A stretch of 64,000 nt of DNA from Actinomycetota bacterium (GTDB lineage Bacteria > Actinomycetota > UBA4738 > HRBIN12), in NCBI GenBank assembly GCA_040881665.1, contig JBBECT010000005.1, forward strand, positions 4,652 to 68,651. Direction: 5' to 3'. The notes beneath the pieces were generated by a model. It did no database searches. It had not been told where the DNA came from and worked only from the letters and a program-made list of their open reading frames with translations. Shown one piece after another: positions 9,286-21,727 of this stretch. The translations under genes and the position numbers were made by a program. Positions within the stretch are counted from its first letter, which is position 1, and every line of letters begins with the position of its first letter.

Positions 9286-9714
9286 ATGCAGTCAGGCGAC
9301 ATGCGCAGGTTCATGGGAGCTGCGGTGGACAAGCTCAGCCCCACGAAGGCGAAGGAGCTCGCCAAGGGGTTGCTCGAGGGCGGGGCGAGCCGGGAGCAGC
9401 TCCAGAAGGTGCAGCACGATCTGGTCGAGTGGTCGTCCCGGAACCGCGAGAAGCTGCTCAAGCTGATCCAGCAAGAGGTCAAGCGACAATTGAAGAACGC
9501 GGGCTTCGCGACACGCCAGGAGGTGGAGTCGCTGCGCCGCCGCGTGCGGGAGCTGGAGAAGGTCTCCGGAACGGGGACGGCCAAGCGGACGAGCGCGAAG
9601 GCATCGGCGGCCAAACGCTCAAACACGAAGTCGTCGTCGCGATCGGGTGCGAAGCCGACGGCGAAGCGATCGAGCGCCAAGGACTCCTCGGCCGGATCCG
9701 GGAGCGCCGGCTGA
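9286..9714 (+). CDS. Phasin-like coiled-coil protein with basic Ser/Lys-rich tail
   Basis: 3' part of ORF 8758..9714 from ATG 9286 (GGGAGG upstream). Conserved position directly upstream of tlyA. Confidence 0.65.
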   Translation: MQSGDMRRFMGAAVDKLSPTKAKELAKGLLEGGASREQLQKVQHDLVEWSSRNREKLLKLIQQEVKRQLKNAGFATRQEVESLRRRVRELEKVSGTGTAKRTSAKASAAKRSNTKSSSRSGAKPTAKRSSAKDSSAGSGSAG

Positions 9715-9734
9715 TCCGCCGCGCGGACACCCGC

Positions 9735-10547
9735 ATGCGCCGAAGACTCGACGCGGAGCTCGTGCGCCGCCGCCTCGTCTCCGATCCGGCAGCCGCGCAG
9801 GCTGCGATCGGCGAGGGACGTGTGCTCGTCGACGGGAACCCTGCGGCCGGTCCCGCGACGATGGTGGGAACCGATCAGGCGGTCGTGATCTCGGCGCCGC
9901 GGACGGAGGCCTTCGTCTCCCGCGGAGGGGAGAAGCTCGATGCCGCGTTCGAGCGCTTCTCCCTCGACCCGAAGGGGCTGGACGCGCTCGATGCGGGGGC
10001 GTCGACCGGCGGCTTCACCGACTGCCTGCTGCGGCGCGGTGCGTCCCGAGTGGTCGCGGTCGACGTGGGCTACGGCGACCTCGCGTGGTCGCTCCGCACC
10101 GATCCGCGCGTGACCGTGTTCGAGCGGACGAACGTCCGAACCTTGGATCGGGCTGCGCTGCCGTTCATCCCGTCGTTCGTCGTCGCAGATCTGTCGTTCG
10201 TGTCGCTCGGATCGGTCGTGGGCACGCTCGCGGGACTCGCCTGCCGGGACGCAACGTTCGTGCTGCTGGTCAAACCGCAGTTCGAGGCGTCGCGCGACCA
10301 GGTCGAGGCCGGCGGTGTCGTTCGCGATCCCCGGGTCTGGGCACTCGCGCTCGAGCGGGCCGTGGATGCGCTGTCCGCGGCCGGCGTCGGGCCGCGCCAG
10401 GTGTGGCCTTCATCCGTGCTCGGGCCGGCCGGGAACGTCGAGTTCCTGTTGTGGGGACGCGCGGGCGCCGCGGAGGGTGGATCGCGGATCGCGATCGACG
10501 AGGCGATCGCGGCGGCACGCTCACTCGCTGGGGAGCCTGCTCCGTGA
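9735..10547 (+). CDS. tlyA: TlyA family rRNA (cytidine-2'-O)-methyltransferase
   Basis: MRRRLDAELVRRRL (S4 domain), SRGGEKL and DAGASTGGFTDCLL SAM motif. Confidence 0.9.
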   Translation: MRRRLDAELVRRRLVSDPAAAQAAIGEGRVLVDGNPAAGPATMVGTDQAVVISAPRTEAFVSRGGEKLDAAFERFSLDPKGLDALDAGASTGGFTDCLLRRGASRVVAVDVGYGDLAWSLRTDPRVTVFERTNVRTLDRAALPFIPSFVVADLSFVSLGSVVGTLAGLACRDATFVLLVKPQFEASRDQVEAGGVVRDPRVWALALERAVDALSAAGVGPRQVWPSSVLGPAGNVEFLLWGRAGAAEGGSRIAIDEAIAAARSLAGEPAP

Positions 10548-11401
10548 AGCGGGTGGGCTTCGTCGTGCACGCGGGACGCGACCGCGCGCTGCAGGCGGCG
10601 CGGGAGTTGGTGGCCTCGTGCGCGGCCGAGGGCGAGGCCACCGTCGAGGTCGAGGGCCAGGCTGCCGTGGCGGCCGTCGGAGCCCAGGAGAGCGCGCCTG
10701 CGGCCTCGTTCGCCGAGGGCTTGGATCTGATCGTGTCGGTCGGTGGTGACGGCACGCTCCTGCGCGCTGCCCATCTGGCGGCTCGGGCGGGGGTTCCGGT
10801 ACTCGGGGTCAAGGTCGGCCGGATGGGGTTCCTGACCGAAGTGGAGCCGGCCGAGGCAGGGCCGTTGTTGCGCCGGGCCGTGATGGGGCGAGCCCGTGTC
10901 GAGGAGCGCCTCGCGGTGGTCGCCGAGCCCGCGGAGGCCGGTGCATTCGAGTCCCAGTGGGCTCTGAACGAGATCATGGTGGAGAAGCAGGCGCGACACC
11001 GTCTCGTCCGGCTGGGTGTCGAGGTCGACGGCACCTACGTCACGACGTTCTCCGCGGACGGGGTGATCGTCGCAACGCCGACCGGCTCGACGGCCTACTC
11101 GTTCTCGGTTCGCGGGCCGATCGTGTCGCCGAGCGTGGACTGCCTCCTCGTGACCCCGGTGGCCGCGCACATGGTGTTCGACCGAACGCTCGTCCTGGAC
11201 CCGGGGGAGCAGGTGATCCTCGAGGTCCTCGGCGAGGTCGACGGCCTGCTGTCCGCCGACGGCCGAGAGACGATCGGGCTGCCGGTGGGCACCCGCGTGC
11301 GGATCCGGGCGGCCGACACGCCGTTCCGCCTCGTGCGGCGCGACGACGCCCCGAGCTTCCTCGGCCTCGTTCGGGAGAAGTTCGACCTCCCCGGGGACTG
11401 A
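10544..11401 (+). CDS. nadK: NAD kinase
   Basis: GTG 10544 overlaps the tlyA stop (GTGA). GGDGTLL motif, TPTGSTAYSFS. Confidence 0.9.
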   Translation: MKRVGFVVHAGRDRALQAARELVASCAAEGEATVEVEGQAAVAAVGAQESAPAASFAEGLDLIVSVGGDGTLLRAAHLAARAGVPVLGVKVGRMGFLTEVEPAEAGPLLRRAVMGRARVEERLAVVAEPAEAGAFESQWALNEIMVEKQARHRLVRLGVEVDGTYVTTFSADGVIVATPTGSTAYSFSVRGPIVSPSVDCLLVTPVAAHMVFDRTLVLDPGEQVILEVLGEVDGLLSADGRETIGLPVGTRVRIRAADTPFRLVRRDDAPSFLGLVREKFDLPGD

Positions 11402-11455
11402 CTCTCGCATGCGGTGGGCGATCCACGTGGCGCGGACGTCGTGCGGACACGTCGC

Positions 11456-11477
11456 GGTCGGTGCCCCCGGCTAGGAT
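11456..11477 (+). promoter_or_regulatory. RecA-NDp / PafBC-type DNA-damage promoter motif upstream of recN
   Basis: GGTCGGTG-N8-TAGGAT, compared with the recalled consensus tTGTCRgTG-N8-TAnnnT. The -10 ends 6 nt before the recN GTG, implying a leaderless mRNA. Confidence 0.5.
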
Positions 11478-11483
11478 GCGGAC

Positions 11484-13145
11484 GTGCTTCGCGAGCTGCA
11501 CATCGCCGGGCTCGGGGTGATCGACGACGTCGACCTCGAGCTCGATCCGGGACTGAACGTCCTCACCGGCGAAACCGGTGCGGGCAAGACGATGGTGACC
11601 GTCGGCCTGTCCTTGCTCCTGGGGCGGCGCGCCTCGTCCACGCTCGTCCGCTCGGGAACTGCGGCGGCGAAGGTCGGTGCGCGGTTCGACGGCGCGCTCC
11701 CGGGCGGCGCCGAGGAGTGGATCGACGATCCCGCGGAAGGCCTCGTCCTCACCCGTTCGGTGTCGGCCGAGGGGAAGAGTTCGGTCCGGATAGGCGGACA
11801 GATGGCCACGGTCACCGCGCTGGCCGCGCTGGGGCCCGACCTCGTGGAGGTGCACGGCCAGCACGATGCGCAACGGCTGCTGCAGCCCGCCGCCCAGGCG
11901 GGGTTCCTCGACCGCTTCGTGGGGGCGGACCATCTCTCTGTGCTCGAGGGGTACCGCGCACAGGTACGAGCACTGGCGGTCGTCCGCGTGCGGCTCGACG
12001 AGCTGGCGACGATCGCTCGCGATCGCGAGCGTGAGATCGATCTGCTCGCCTATCAGGTTCGCGAGATCGAAGGGGTGGCGCCCGGGACCGGGGAGCTCGC
12101 GGAGCTCGAGGCGGGGGAGTCCCGCCTCGCCCACGCCGAGCGCCTCGTCGAGCTGGCGGCGTCGGCCACCGCCGGACTCGCCGACGACGGGGGTGCGGGT
12201 GACGGCCTGCGGGCGGCCGCCGCCGCGCTCGATGAAGCCGCCGCGCTCGACGCCTCGGCCGCTCCGCTCGCGCAACGCGCCGCGGCTCTCGCAGCGGAGG
12301 CATCCGAGCTGGCGCGTGACGCGCGCGAACACGCCGAGGCGCTCGCGATCGATCCGGAGGGTCTGGAGCAACTCCGCGGGCGCATCTCCCTGTTGCGGGA
12401 CCTGCGACGCAAGTACGGGGACGACGAGACCGCGGTGCTCGCCTACCTCGAGGAGGCGCGTGCACGTCTCTCGCTGCTCGAGGGTGCCGACGACGAGCGA
12501 CGCGACCTGACCGAACGACGCATGCGTCTGGAGGCCGAGCTCGCAACCTCGGCCACGGTCGTGACGGCGGGTCGTCACGACGCTGCTCCGGCGCTCGCAC
12601 GATCGATCGAACGCGAGATCGTCGATCTCGGGATGCAGGGCGCGACGATCGAGCTCGCGTTCAATCCGCTCGACGAGCCCTCGGTGGGCGGCCCCGAGCA
12701 CGTCGAGATCCTGCTGGCGGCAGGGCCGGGACAACGCGCGTTGCCCCTGGGAGCCGCGGCCTCCGGAGGAGAACTGTCGCGCGTGATGCTCGCGTGTCGC
12801 AGCGTGCTGGCCGACCTGGACGAGGTCCCGACGCTCGTCTTCGATGAGGTCGACGCCGGCATCGGAGGCACGGCAGGGGTCGCGGTCGGGCGGCGGCTTG
12901 CGCGGATCGCGGTGACCCGGCAGGTGGTGGTCGTCACGCATCTGCCCCAGATCGCCGCGTTCGCCGACCGGCAGTTCAGCGTCCGAAAGCGGGGCGGGAC
13001 CGCGCGGGTCGCCGTCCTCGATCCGGACGCGCGGATCCGCGAGCTGTCCCGGATGCTCTCCGGTCTGCCGGACAGCGATTCGGCGGCCGTGCATGCCGAG
13101 GAGCTCCTGGCCGAGGCGACGCGCAGCCGGGGCGCGACGGACTGA
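11484..13145 (+). CDS. recN: DNA repair protein RecN
   Basis: 553 aa. N-terminal Walker A LTGETGAGKTM, long coiled coil, C-terminal ASGGELSRVMLA signature. Confidence 0.95.
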   Translation: MLRELHIAGLGVIDDVDLELDPGLNVLTGETGAGKTMVTVGLSLLLGRRASSTLVRSGTAAAKVGARFDGALPGGAEEWIDDPAEGLVLTRSVSAEGKSSVRIGGQMATVTALAALGPDLVEVHGQHDAQRLLQPAAQAGFLDRFVGADHLSVLEGYRAQVRALAVVRVRLDELATIARDREREIDLLAYQVREIEGVAPGTGELAELEAGESRLAHAERLVELAASATAGLADDGGAGDGLRAAAAALDEAAALDASAAPLAQRAAALAAEASELARDAREHAEALAIDPEGLEQLRGRISLLRDLRRKYGDDETAVLAYLEEARARLSLLEGADDERRDLTERRMRLEAELATSATVVTAGRHDAAPALARSIEREIVDLGMQGATIELAFNPLDEPSVGGPEHVEILLAAGPGQRALPLGAAASGGELSRVMLACRSVLADLDEVPTLVFDEVDAGIGGTAGVAVGRRLARIAVTRQVVVVTHLPQIAAFADRQFSVRKRGGTARVAVLDPDARIRELSRMLSGLPDSDSAAVHAEELLAEATRSRGATD

Positions 13146-13239
13146 CCGTTCGCTACGCTGGCCACCGCTCCGACCTGGGGGTCGGTCCGAGGAACGACGA
13201 GGAGGGAGTGCCACGAGCACGCTACGCCCGAGGAGCCTG

Positions 13240-14427
13240 GTGCCCAAGGCGCTGCGTCGGCCTCGGGCCGAGGCGGGTCGTGCGCGCGTCGACCGGCGCA
13301 CGAAGAACCTCGTCCGTCGCGCCCGGCCGGGTGAGATCGCGGTGATCCTGCACGAAGACCTCGATCGGGTCTCGGCCGAGGGCCTCGCCGCGGCGGGCGT
13401 CGCCGCCGTCGTGAACGGCGCGCCGTCGATCAGCGGGCGGTATCCGAACCTGGGCCCGCTGATCCTCGTCGAGGCGCAGATCCCGGTGATCGACCGGGTC
13501 GGGCCGCTCGTGCTGCAGAAGATCCACGAGGGGGACCCGGTCCATGTCGATGGCGACCGGGTGTTCGTCGGCGATCGACTGGTCGGCGTCGGGATCCGCC
13601 AGAGCCGGGCCTCGATCCTCGCAGAGATGGAGGCGGCGAACCGGGGGATGGGCGAGCGGTTCGACGACTTCGCTCGCAACACGTTGGAGTTCATGCGCCG
13701 GGAACGTGACCTGCTGTTCGGGGGCACGGGGCTGCCGCCACTGCACCACGACCTCGCAGGCAGATCCGTGCTCGTCGTCGTACGCGGGTACCGGTACCGC
13801 GAGGATCTCGCCGCGCTGCGCTCCTACATCCGCGACGCGAGACCGGTCCTCGTCGGCGTCGACGGGGGAGCGGACGCGCTGCTGGACGAGGGCTATGTCC
13901 CCGACCTGGTCGTCGGCGACATGGACAGCGTCTCGGACGAGGCGCTCGCACTCGCCACCGGCGGGCGGCGCCGGCATCCGACCGAGTTGGTGCTGCACGC
14001 CTACGAGGACGGCAGGGCGCCCGGGAAGGACCGGCTCGACGCGCTCGGTGTGCCCTACACGGTGGTCGAGGCGATGGGGACCAGTGAGGACGTGGCGTTC
14101 CTGATCGCGCACGAATCCGGGGCCGAGCTCATCGTGGCGGTGGGCTCACACGGCAACCTCCGGGAGTTCCTCGACAAGGGGCGCGGGGGGATGGCCAGCA
14201 CGTTCCTCGTCCGCCTGCGCGTTGGGGAGATCCTGATGGACGCGAAGGGGGTGTCGCGGCTCTACGGGGGCTCCCGGCTGCGGGCGCGCGACACGCTGTT
14301 GCTCGTCGGGTCGGCCCTGTTCGCGATGATCATCGTGGTGGCGGTCTCCCCGCCGCTTCGCCTGTACGTCACACAGATGTTCGAGCAGCTCCGCCAGTGG
14401 TTGTTCGATCTGCGGGAGTTCGTGTGA
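13240..14427 (+). CDS. steA: Putative cytokinetic ring protein SteA
   Basis: ORF 13093..14427 trimmed to GTG 13240 (GAGGAG 4 nt upstream). ARVDRRTKNLVRRARPGEIAVILHEDLD is typical of SteA, with a C-terminal TM segment. Confidence 0.8.
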   Translation: MPKALRRPRAEAGRARVDRRTKNLVRRARPGEIAVILHEDLDRVSAEGLAAAGVAAVVNGAPSISGRYPNLGPLILVEAQIPVIDRVGPLVLQKIHEGDPVHVDGDRVFVGDRLVGVGIRQSRASILAEMEAANRGMGERFDDFARNTLEFMRRERDLLFGGTGLPPLHHDLAGRSVLVVVRGYRYREDLAALRSYIRDARPVLVGVDGGADALLDEGYVPDLVVGDMDSVSDEALALATGGRRRHPTELVLHAYEDGRAPGKDRLDALGVPYTVVEAMGTSEDVAFLIAHESGAELIVAVGSHGNLREFLDKGRGGMASTFLVRLRVGEILMDAKGVSRLYGGSRLRARDTLLLVGSALFAMIIVVAVSPPLRLYVTQMFEQLRQWLFDLREFV

Positions 14428-15371
14428 TCTCGTTCCGCTACCACCTGGTCACGATCGTGGCCGTCTTCCTCGCGCTGGGGCTGGGCGTGCTCGCGGGCAC
14501 GACGGTGCTCGACGAGGGACTGGTCAACCGATTGGAGCGCCAGACCCAGGTCTTGGCCGACGGCAACGCGACGCTCCGCGAGCGCATCGACGCGCAGGCG
14601 GACGAGCTCGCCGCGACCGAGTCATTCGCGGAGCAGGCTTTCGTCGCGCTCGCACCGGCGAAGCTGGCCGACCACGATGCCGTCGTCCTGACCCACGACC
14701 TCGTGGACGCCACCGCGGTCGACCGGGCCTCGGAGGCGCTCGAGGTGGGGGGGGCTTCCGTGGAGGCCGTCTTCACGCTGCAGTCACGGATGTCGTTGCG
14801 CGACGACGACGCACGAGCGGAGATGGCGACGCTCCTCGGAGAACCGGCGAACACCGACGCGGCGGCGTTGCGAGCCAAGGCGCTCGAGCGGCTGGCCGAA
14901 CGGCTCGCGTTCGGTCCGGGGCGTCCGCAGGCGAACCGGGTGCAGGAGGACATCCTCACACGCTTGCTCTCGGCGGGATTCGTCACGGTGGACGGACCGG
15001 GCGCCGGCGAGACGCTGGCCCAGGTCGGAGGTCCGGAGACGATCGCGACCGTCGTCGGTGGCGGGCCCGAGGAGGCCGCGGCCGCATCCGAGGTGCTCGT
15101 CCCACTCGTCGGGGATCTTCGTCTCGAACGGATGCAGACGGCCGCCGGCCAACCGGCAGGCTCCGAGGTTCCGTTCGTCGCCGAGGTGCGGGAGCCGGGC
15201 ACGGTGGCGTCGACCGAGCTCGTGACGGTCGACGGGATCGACCGTCCGATCGGCCAGCTCGCGCTCGTCCTCGGGATGCAGCGGCTCGGGAGCGTCGTCG
15301 CGGAAGGCGGCAGCTACGGCCCCGGTCCGGACGCCTCCGAGGTTATCCCGCCGTTGCGGCCGGGCGGGTGA
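14424..15371 (+). CDS. Copper transporter MctB / SteB-like membrane-anchored protein
   Basis: GTG 14424 overlaps the steA stop (GTGA). N-terminus VISFRYHLVTIVAVFLALGLGVLAG is typical of this family. Synteny with Rv1698. Confidence 0.75.
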   Translation: MISFRYHLVTIVAVFLALGLGVLAGTTVLDEGLVNRLERQTQVLADGNATLRERIDAQADELAATESFAEQAFVALAPAKLADHDAVVLTHDLVDATAVDRASEALEVGGASVEAVFTLQSRMSLRDDDARAEMATLLGEPANTDAAALRAKALERLAERLAFGPGRPQANRVQEDILTRLLSAGFVTVDGPGAGETLAQVGGPETIATVVGGGPEEAAAASEVLVPLVGDLRLERMQTAAGQPAGSEVPFVAEVREPGTVASTELVTVDGIDRPIGQLALVLGMQRLGSVVAEGGSYGPGPDASEVIPPLRPGG

Positions 15372-16101
15372 GCGCCGCACCCGAGCGCGCGGACGTCGTC
15401 GCGCTGGTCGCCGCGCGCGACGAGGAGGCGTCGATCGGCGAGACCGTTCGTGCCCTCTCGGGTCTGCCGAACGTGACGCTGGTCGTGGTCGCCGACGACG
15501 GATCGAAGGACGCGACCGCGTCGATCGCCTCGGCCGCGGGCGCGCATGTACTGCGGGCCGCGCGACCGCGGGGGAAGGGATCGGTGCTCGAGAGCGCGCT
15601 CCGGCGACTGCCTCCCGCTCGGGTGTGGATCCTGGCCGACGGCGACCTGGGCGTGACGGCCGGGGAACTCGCTCCGGTGATCGCGACCGTGCTCGCCGGG
15701 GAGGCAGACCTCGCGATCGCGCTGCCACCCCCACAGGGCGGGGGATTCGGCCTCGTGAAGACTTCCGCCGGGGCCGCGATCCGGTGGCTGAGCGGGTTCC
15801 GCGCGACCGCGCCGCTGTCGGGTCAGCGCGTCCTCACCGGCGCGGCGATGCGGGCCGTGCGACCGCTGGCTCCGGGGTTCGGGGTTGAGACGGCCATGAC
15901 GGTCGACGCGGTGCGAGCCGGCATGACGGTCGTGGAGGTTCCTGCCCCCCTGCGCCACCGAGCGACGGGGCGCGACGTGGCGGGCTTCGCGCACCGGGCG
16001 CGGCAGGGCATCGACATCGCGGCGGCCCTCGGGCGGCGGATCGGCGGGCGGTCCCGCGTGACCGAGCGTCGATCGAATGTCGGGCGCGAGAGGTTCGATC
16101 G

Positions 16102-16105
<4 letters not shown>
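15368..16105 (+). CDS. Glycosyltransferase family 2
   Basis: GTGA overlap with the upstream gene. VVALVAARDEEASIGETV...VVADDGSKDAT GT-A motifs. Confidence 0.75.
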
Positions 16106-18625
<2,520 letters not shown>

Positions 18626-18633
18626 GCCGGGCC

Positions 18634-19167
18634 GTGCCCGACGATCGTCCCGACGCCGTCCACACCGGGTTCGCCGGGCGCTTCCTGCGGATCGACGTCG
18701 AAGACTGGGGACCGGGACGCTACGAGGTCGTCCGGCGTGTGACCCACGCCCCCGACGCGCCGGGAGCCGTCGGGGTGCTGCCGGTGACGGCCGCGGGGGA
18801 GGCGGTGCTCGTCCGGCAGTTCCGCCAGCCCGTTCGGAGGGCGATCCTCGAGATCCCCGCGGGCCTGATGGACGTGGAAGGGGAGGCGCCGGAGGTGTGC
18901 GCCGTGCGGGAGCTGTTCGAGGAGACCGGGTACCGGCCCGGCGGCGAGCTCGTCTGGCTCGGGACGTTCCTGACGACCCCGGGGATCAGTGACGAGCGGA
19001 TCGCGCTGTACCGCGTCGACACGGCAGCCGAACCCGAGGGCGTTCCCGAGGACGGGATCGAGGTCGTTCGGATGCCACTCGCCGAGGCGCGCGTCGCCGT
19101 TTCGGACGGACGGATCGTCGATGCCAAGACCGCGGTCGCGGTCCTGCTGACCGCCTCCTCGCCGTAG
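18634..19167 (+). CDS. NUDIX hydrolase (ADP-ribose pyrophosphatase-like)
   Basis: 3' end of ORF 17503..19167 from GTG 18634. Nudix box GLMDVEGEAPEVCAVRELFEETG. Confidence 0.85.
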   Translation: MPDDRPDAVHTGFAGRFLRIDVEDWGPGRYEVVRRVTHAPDAPGAVGVLPVTAAGEAVLVRQFRQPVRRAILEIPAGLMDVEGEAPEVCAVRELFEETGYRPGGELVWLGTFLTTPGISDERIALYRVDTAAEPEGVPEDGIEVVRMPLAEARVAVSDGRIVDAKTAVAVLLTASSP

Positions 19168-19226
19168 GGGGTCCGGGGTAGGCTTCCGGCGGGGCTCCGC
19201 CTGCGGAGTCCCGGACGGAGGGGCGC

Positions 19227-20333
19227 GTGATCGTCGGAGTACCGACCGAGGTCAAGGACAGCGAGTATCGCGTCGCCGCGACACCCGAGGGCGTCCGCGA
19301 GCTCGTGACGGACGGCAACGAGGTGCTCGTCCAGAGCGGGGCGGGCGAGGGTTCGGCTCTGTCCGACGAGGAGTTCGCCGCCGCCGGAGCGAGGGTGGTC
19401 CCCGACGCCGAGGCCGTGTTCGCGGCCGCCGAGATGATCGTCAAGGTGAAGGAGCCCCAGGCTTCCGAGTACGGGCGGTTCCGGGCGGGACAGATCCTCT
19501 TCACCTACCTGCACCTCGCCGCCGACGCGTCCCTGACCCGGATGCTGGTGGAGCGGAACGTCCGGGCGGTCGCCTTCGAGACGGTGCAGCTGCCCGACGG
19601 ACGGCTGCCACTGCTGGCGCCGATGAGCGAGATCGCCGGGCGGATGGCGCCCCAGGAGGGGGCGACGTGGCTCGAGTTGCCGGCCGGCGGACGAGGCGTG
19701 CTGATGGGCGGTGCGGCGGGGGTGCGCCCGGCGAACGTTGCCGTCCTCGGGGCGGGGATGGCGGGAGCGAACGCCGCCTGGATCGCCGCGGGGATGGAGG
19801 CCGAGGTCACGATCCTGGATCTCGACGTCCAGCGGCTGCGCCACGTCGACGAGCTGATGCGCGGCCGCATCCAGACCCTCGCGAGCGGCGCGCTCGCCGT
19901 CGAGCGAGCCGTGCTCGCCGCCGATCTGGTCATCGGAGCGGTGCTCGTGCCGGGTGCCCGCGCGCCGAGGATCGTGAGCGAGGAGACGATCGCCGCGATG
20001 CGTCCCGGCAGCGTCGTCGTCGACATCTCGATCGATCAGGGTGGCTGCTTCGCCACATCGCGGATGACCACGCACTCGGCGCCCACCTACGTGACGCACG
20101 GGGTCGTCCACTACTGCGTCGGGAACATGCCCGGCGCCGTTCCGCGCACCTCGACGTATGCCCTCACGAACGTCACGCTCCCGTACGCGCGCAGGATCGC
20201 CGCCGCCGGGCTCGACGAGGCGGTGCGCGCCGATCCGTCCTTGGCGCTGGGAGTGAACGTCGACGCCGGACGGTGTACGAACCGCGGCGTCGCCGAGGCG
20301 CACGGCATCCCCTTCGAACCGCTCGATCTCTGA
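19227..20333 (+). CDS. ald: Alanine dehydrogenase
   Basis: MIVGVPTEVKDSEYRVAATPEGV, NAD motif VLGAGMAGANA. Confidence 0.9.
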   Translation: MIVGVPTEVKDSEYRVAATPEGVRELVTDGNEVLVQSGAGEGSALSDEEFAAAGARVVPDAEAVFAAAEMIVKVKEPQASEYGRFRAGQILFTYLHLAADASLTRMLVERNVRAVAFETVQLPDGRLPLLAPMSEIAGRMAPQEGATWLELPAGGRGVLMGGAAGVRPANVAVLGAGMAGANAAWIAAGMEAEVTILDLDVQRLRHVDELMRGRIQTLASGALAVERAVLAADLVIGAVLVPGARAPRIVSEETIAAMRPGSVVVDISIDQGGCFATSRMTTHSAPTYVTHGVVHYCVGNMPGAVPRTSTYALTNVTLPYARRIAAAGLDEAVRADPSLALGVNVDAGRCTNRGVAEAHGIPFEPLDL

Positions 20334-20351
20334 GGCCGGCGGAGCGGCGCG

Positions 20352-21341
20352 ATGACGACCCCGGTCCTGCAGCGGCAGGTGCATGCCTACCTCGATCACC
20401 TGACGGTCGAGCGCGGCCTGTCGTCGCACACGGTCGCCGCGTACCGGCGCGACCTTGTCCGGTACACGACCCACTGCGAGGCGCGAGAGGTGCGCGATGC
20501 CCGGTCGGTGACCGACGCGGACGTCGCGGCGTTCGTTGCGGAGCTTTCGGCCGCGACCCACCACGACGGCGAACCGTACCGGGCCTCGTCGGTCGTCCGC
20601 GCGCTGTCGGCGGTCCGGGCGTTCCATCGCTGGGTCATGGCCGAGGGAGACGCCGATCGAGATCCGACCGGGGGCATCGTCCGTCCCAAGCTCCCGCGCA
20701 GGCTCCCTCGGCCGCTCTCCGTCGAAGACGTCGCCGCGCTCTTGGAAGCGCCCGACCCTGTCGCCGCTGCGGGCCGGCGGGACCGAGCCATCATCGAGTT
20801 GCTCTACGGGGCCGGCCTGCGGGTCTCCGAGCTCGTGGCGCTCGACGTCGACGACCTCGACCTGGACGACGCCGGCGTTCGTGTCTTCGGCAAGGGAGGG
20901 AAGGAACGCGACCTGCCGCTCGGGGGATTCGCGGTCGACGCGCTGCACGCGTACCTGGCGACCGCCCGCCCCGAGTTCGCGACGGCTCGCAGCCGCAGCG
21001 CCCTGTTCCTGAACGTCCGGGGGGGGCGGCTCACCCGTCAGGGTGTCACGAACGTCCTGCACGCAGCCGCGCGCCGGGCCGGGATCCGTCGCGCGGTCTC
21101 CCCCCACGTGTTGCGCCACTCGTTCGCCACCCACCTGCTGGAGGGCGGTGCCGATGTACGGGTGGTCCAGGAGCTCCTCGGCCACGCGAGCGTGGCGACC
21201 ACGCAGGTCTATACCCTGATCACCAAGGAACACCTCCTGGAGGTCTATGCGACGTCGCACCCGCGAGCGCGGCGGACCCCGGAGGGGTCGCGGTCCGGAG
21301 GTTCCGGACCGAGGACGAGGGGTCGTAGCCGTGCCGGATGA
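20352..21341 (+). CDS. xerD: Site-specific tyrosine recombinase XerD
   Basis: YLDHLTVERGLS..., RxxxxLLYGAGLRVSEL, HVLRHSFATHLLEGGADVRVVQELLGHASVATTQVYT. Housekeeping synteny after pyrG-NUDIX. Confidence 0.9.
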   Translation: MTTPVLQRQVHAYLDHLTVERGLSSHTVAAYRRDLVRYTTHCEAREVRDARSVTDADVAAFVAELSAATHHDGEPYRASSVVRALSAVRAFHRWVMAEGDADRDPTGGIVRPKLPRRLPRPLSVEDVAALLEAPDPVAAAGRRDRAIIELLYGAGLRVSELVALDVDDLDLDDAGVRVFGKGGKERDLPLGGFAVDALHAYLATARPEFATARSRSALFLNVRGGRLTRQGVTNVLHAAARRAGIRRAVSPHVLRHSFATHLLEGGADVRVVQELLGHASVATTQVYTLITKEHLLEVYATSHPRARRTPEGSRSGGSGPRTRGRSRAG

Positions 21342-21717
21342 GTTCACGATCGACGATGATGCGCTGGCGCGCCTGCGCTCGGGACTGCACGAGCAGCGCG
21401 CGAACCTCCGCAAGGAGATCGCCGACCGCGGCGGCACGCCCGACTCGGACGACGTGGAGATCGACATGGAGCGCAATCTCGCCGACAGTGGACACTCCAC
21501 GACCGAGCGAACCCAGGCGATCGCGGTCGTGAAGGCCCTACGCTCCAACCTGCGGCTGGTCGACCGTGCGCTCGGGAAGATCGGCCGGGGGGAGTACGGC
21601 ACCTGCGAGTCCTGCGGACGACCGATCGGGATCGAGCGTCTCGAAGCCTTGCCGTGGGCGATCCTGTGCATCGATTGCAAGCAGGCCGGATCCGGCGGCG
21701 GAGCCCCACGCGGATGA
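21331..21717 (+). CDS. DksA/TraR family C4-type zinc-finger protein
   Basis: GTG 21331, overlapping the xerD 3' end by 11 nt. CESCGRPI...CIDC zinc finger. Confidence 0.75.
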   Translation: MPDEFTIDDDALARLRSGLHEQRANLRKEIADRGGTPDSDDVEIDMERNLADSGHSTTERTQAIAVVKALRSNLRLVDRALGKIGRGEYGTCESCGRPIGIERLEALPWAILCIDCKQAGSGGGAPRG

Positions 21718-21727
21718 GGGGACCCAC

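Noticed and set aside
11040-13727. 895-aa ORF on the minus strand
   Set aside because: It lies antisense to nadK, recN and steA. The same high-GC artefact signature applies.
20352-21341. Tyrosine recombinase as a mobile-element integrase, with tRNA-Pro (31966-32042) as an integration hotspot
   Set aside because: The recombinase sits in the conserved pyrG-NUDIX-xerD housekeeping context and has XerD-type motifs. The tRNA is flanked by der and a CDP-alcohol phosphatidyltransferase gene, with no direct repeat of its 3' end, no integrase and no compositional shift.
18720-21680. 986-aa ORF on the minus strand
   Set aside because: It lies antisense to well-supported ald and xerD. Its Arg/Pro/Gly-rich, low-complexity translation is typical of the stop-free antisense frame in ~70% GC DNA, and it has no recognisable domain.
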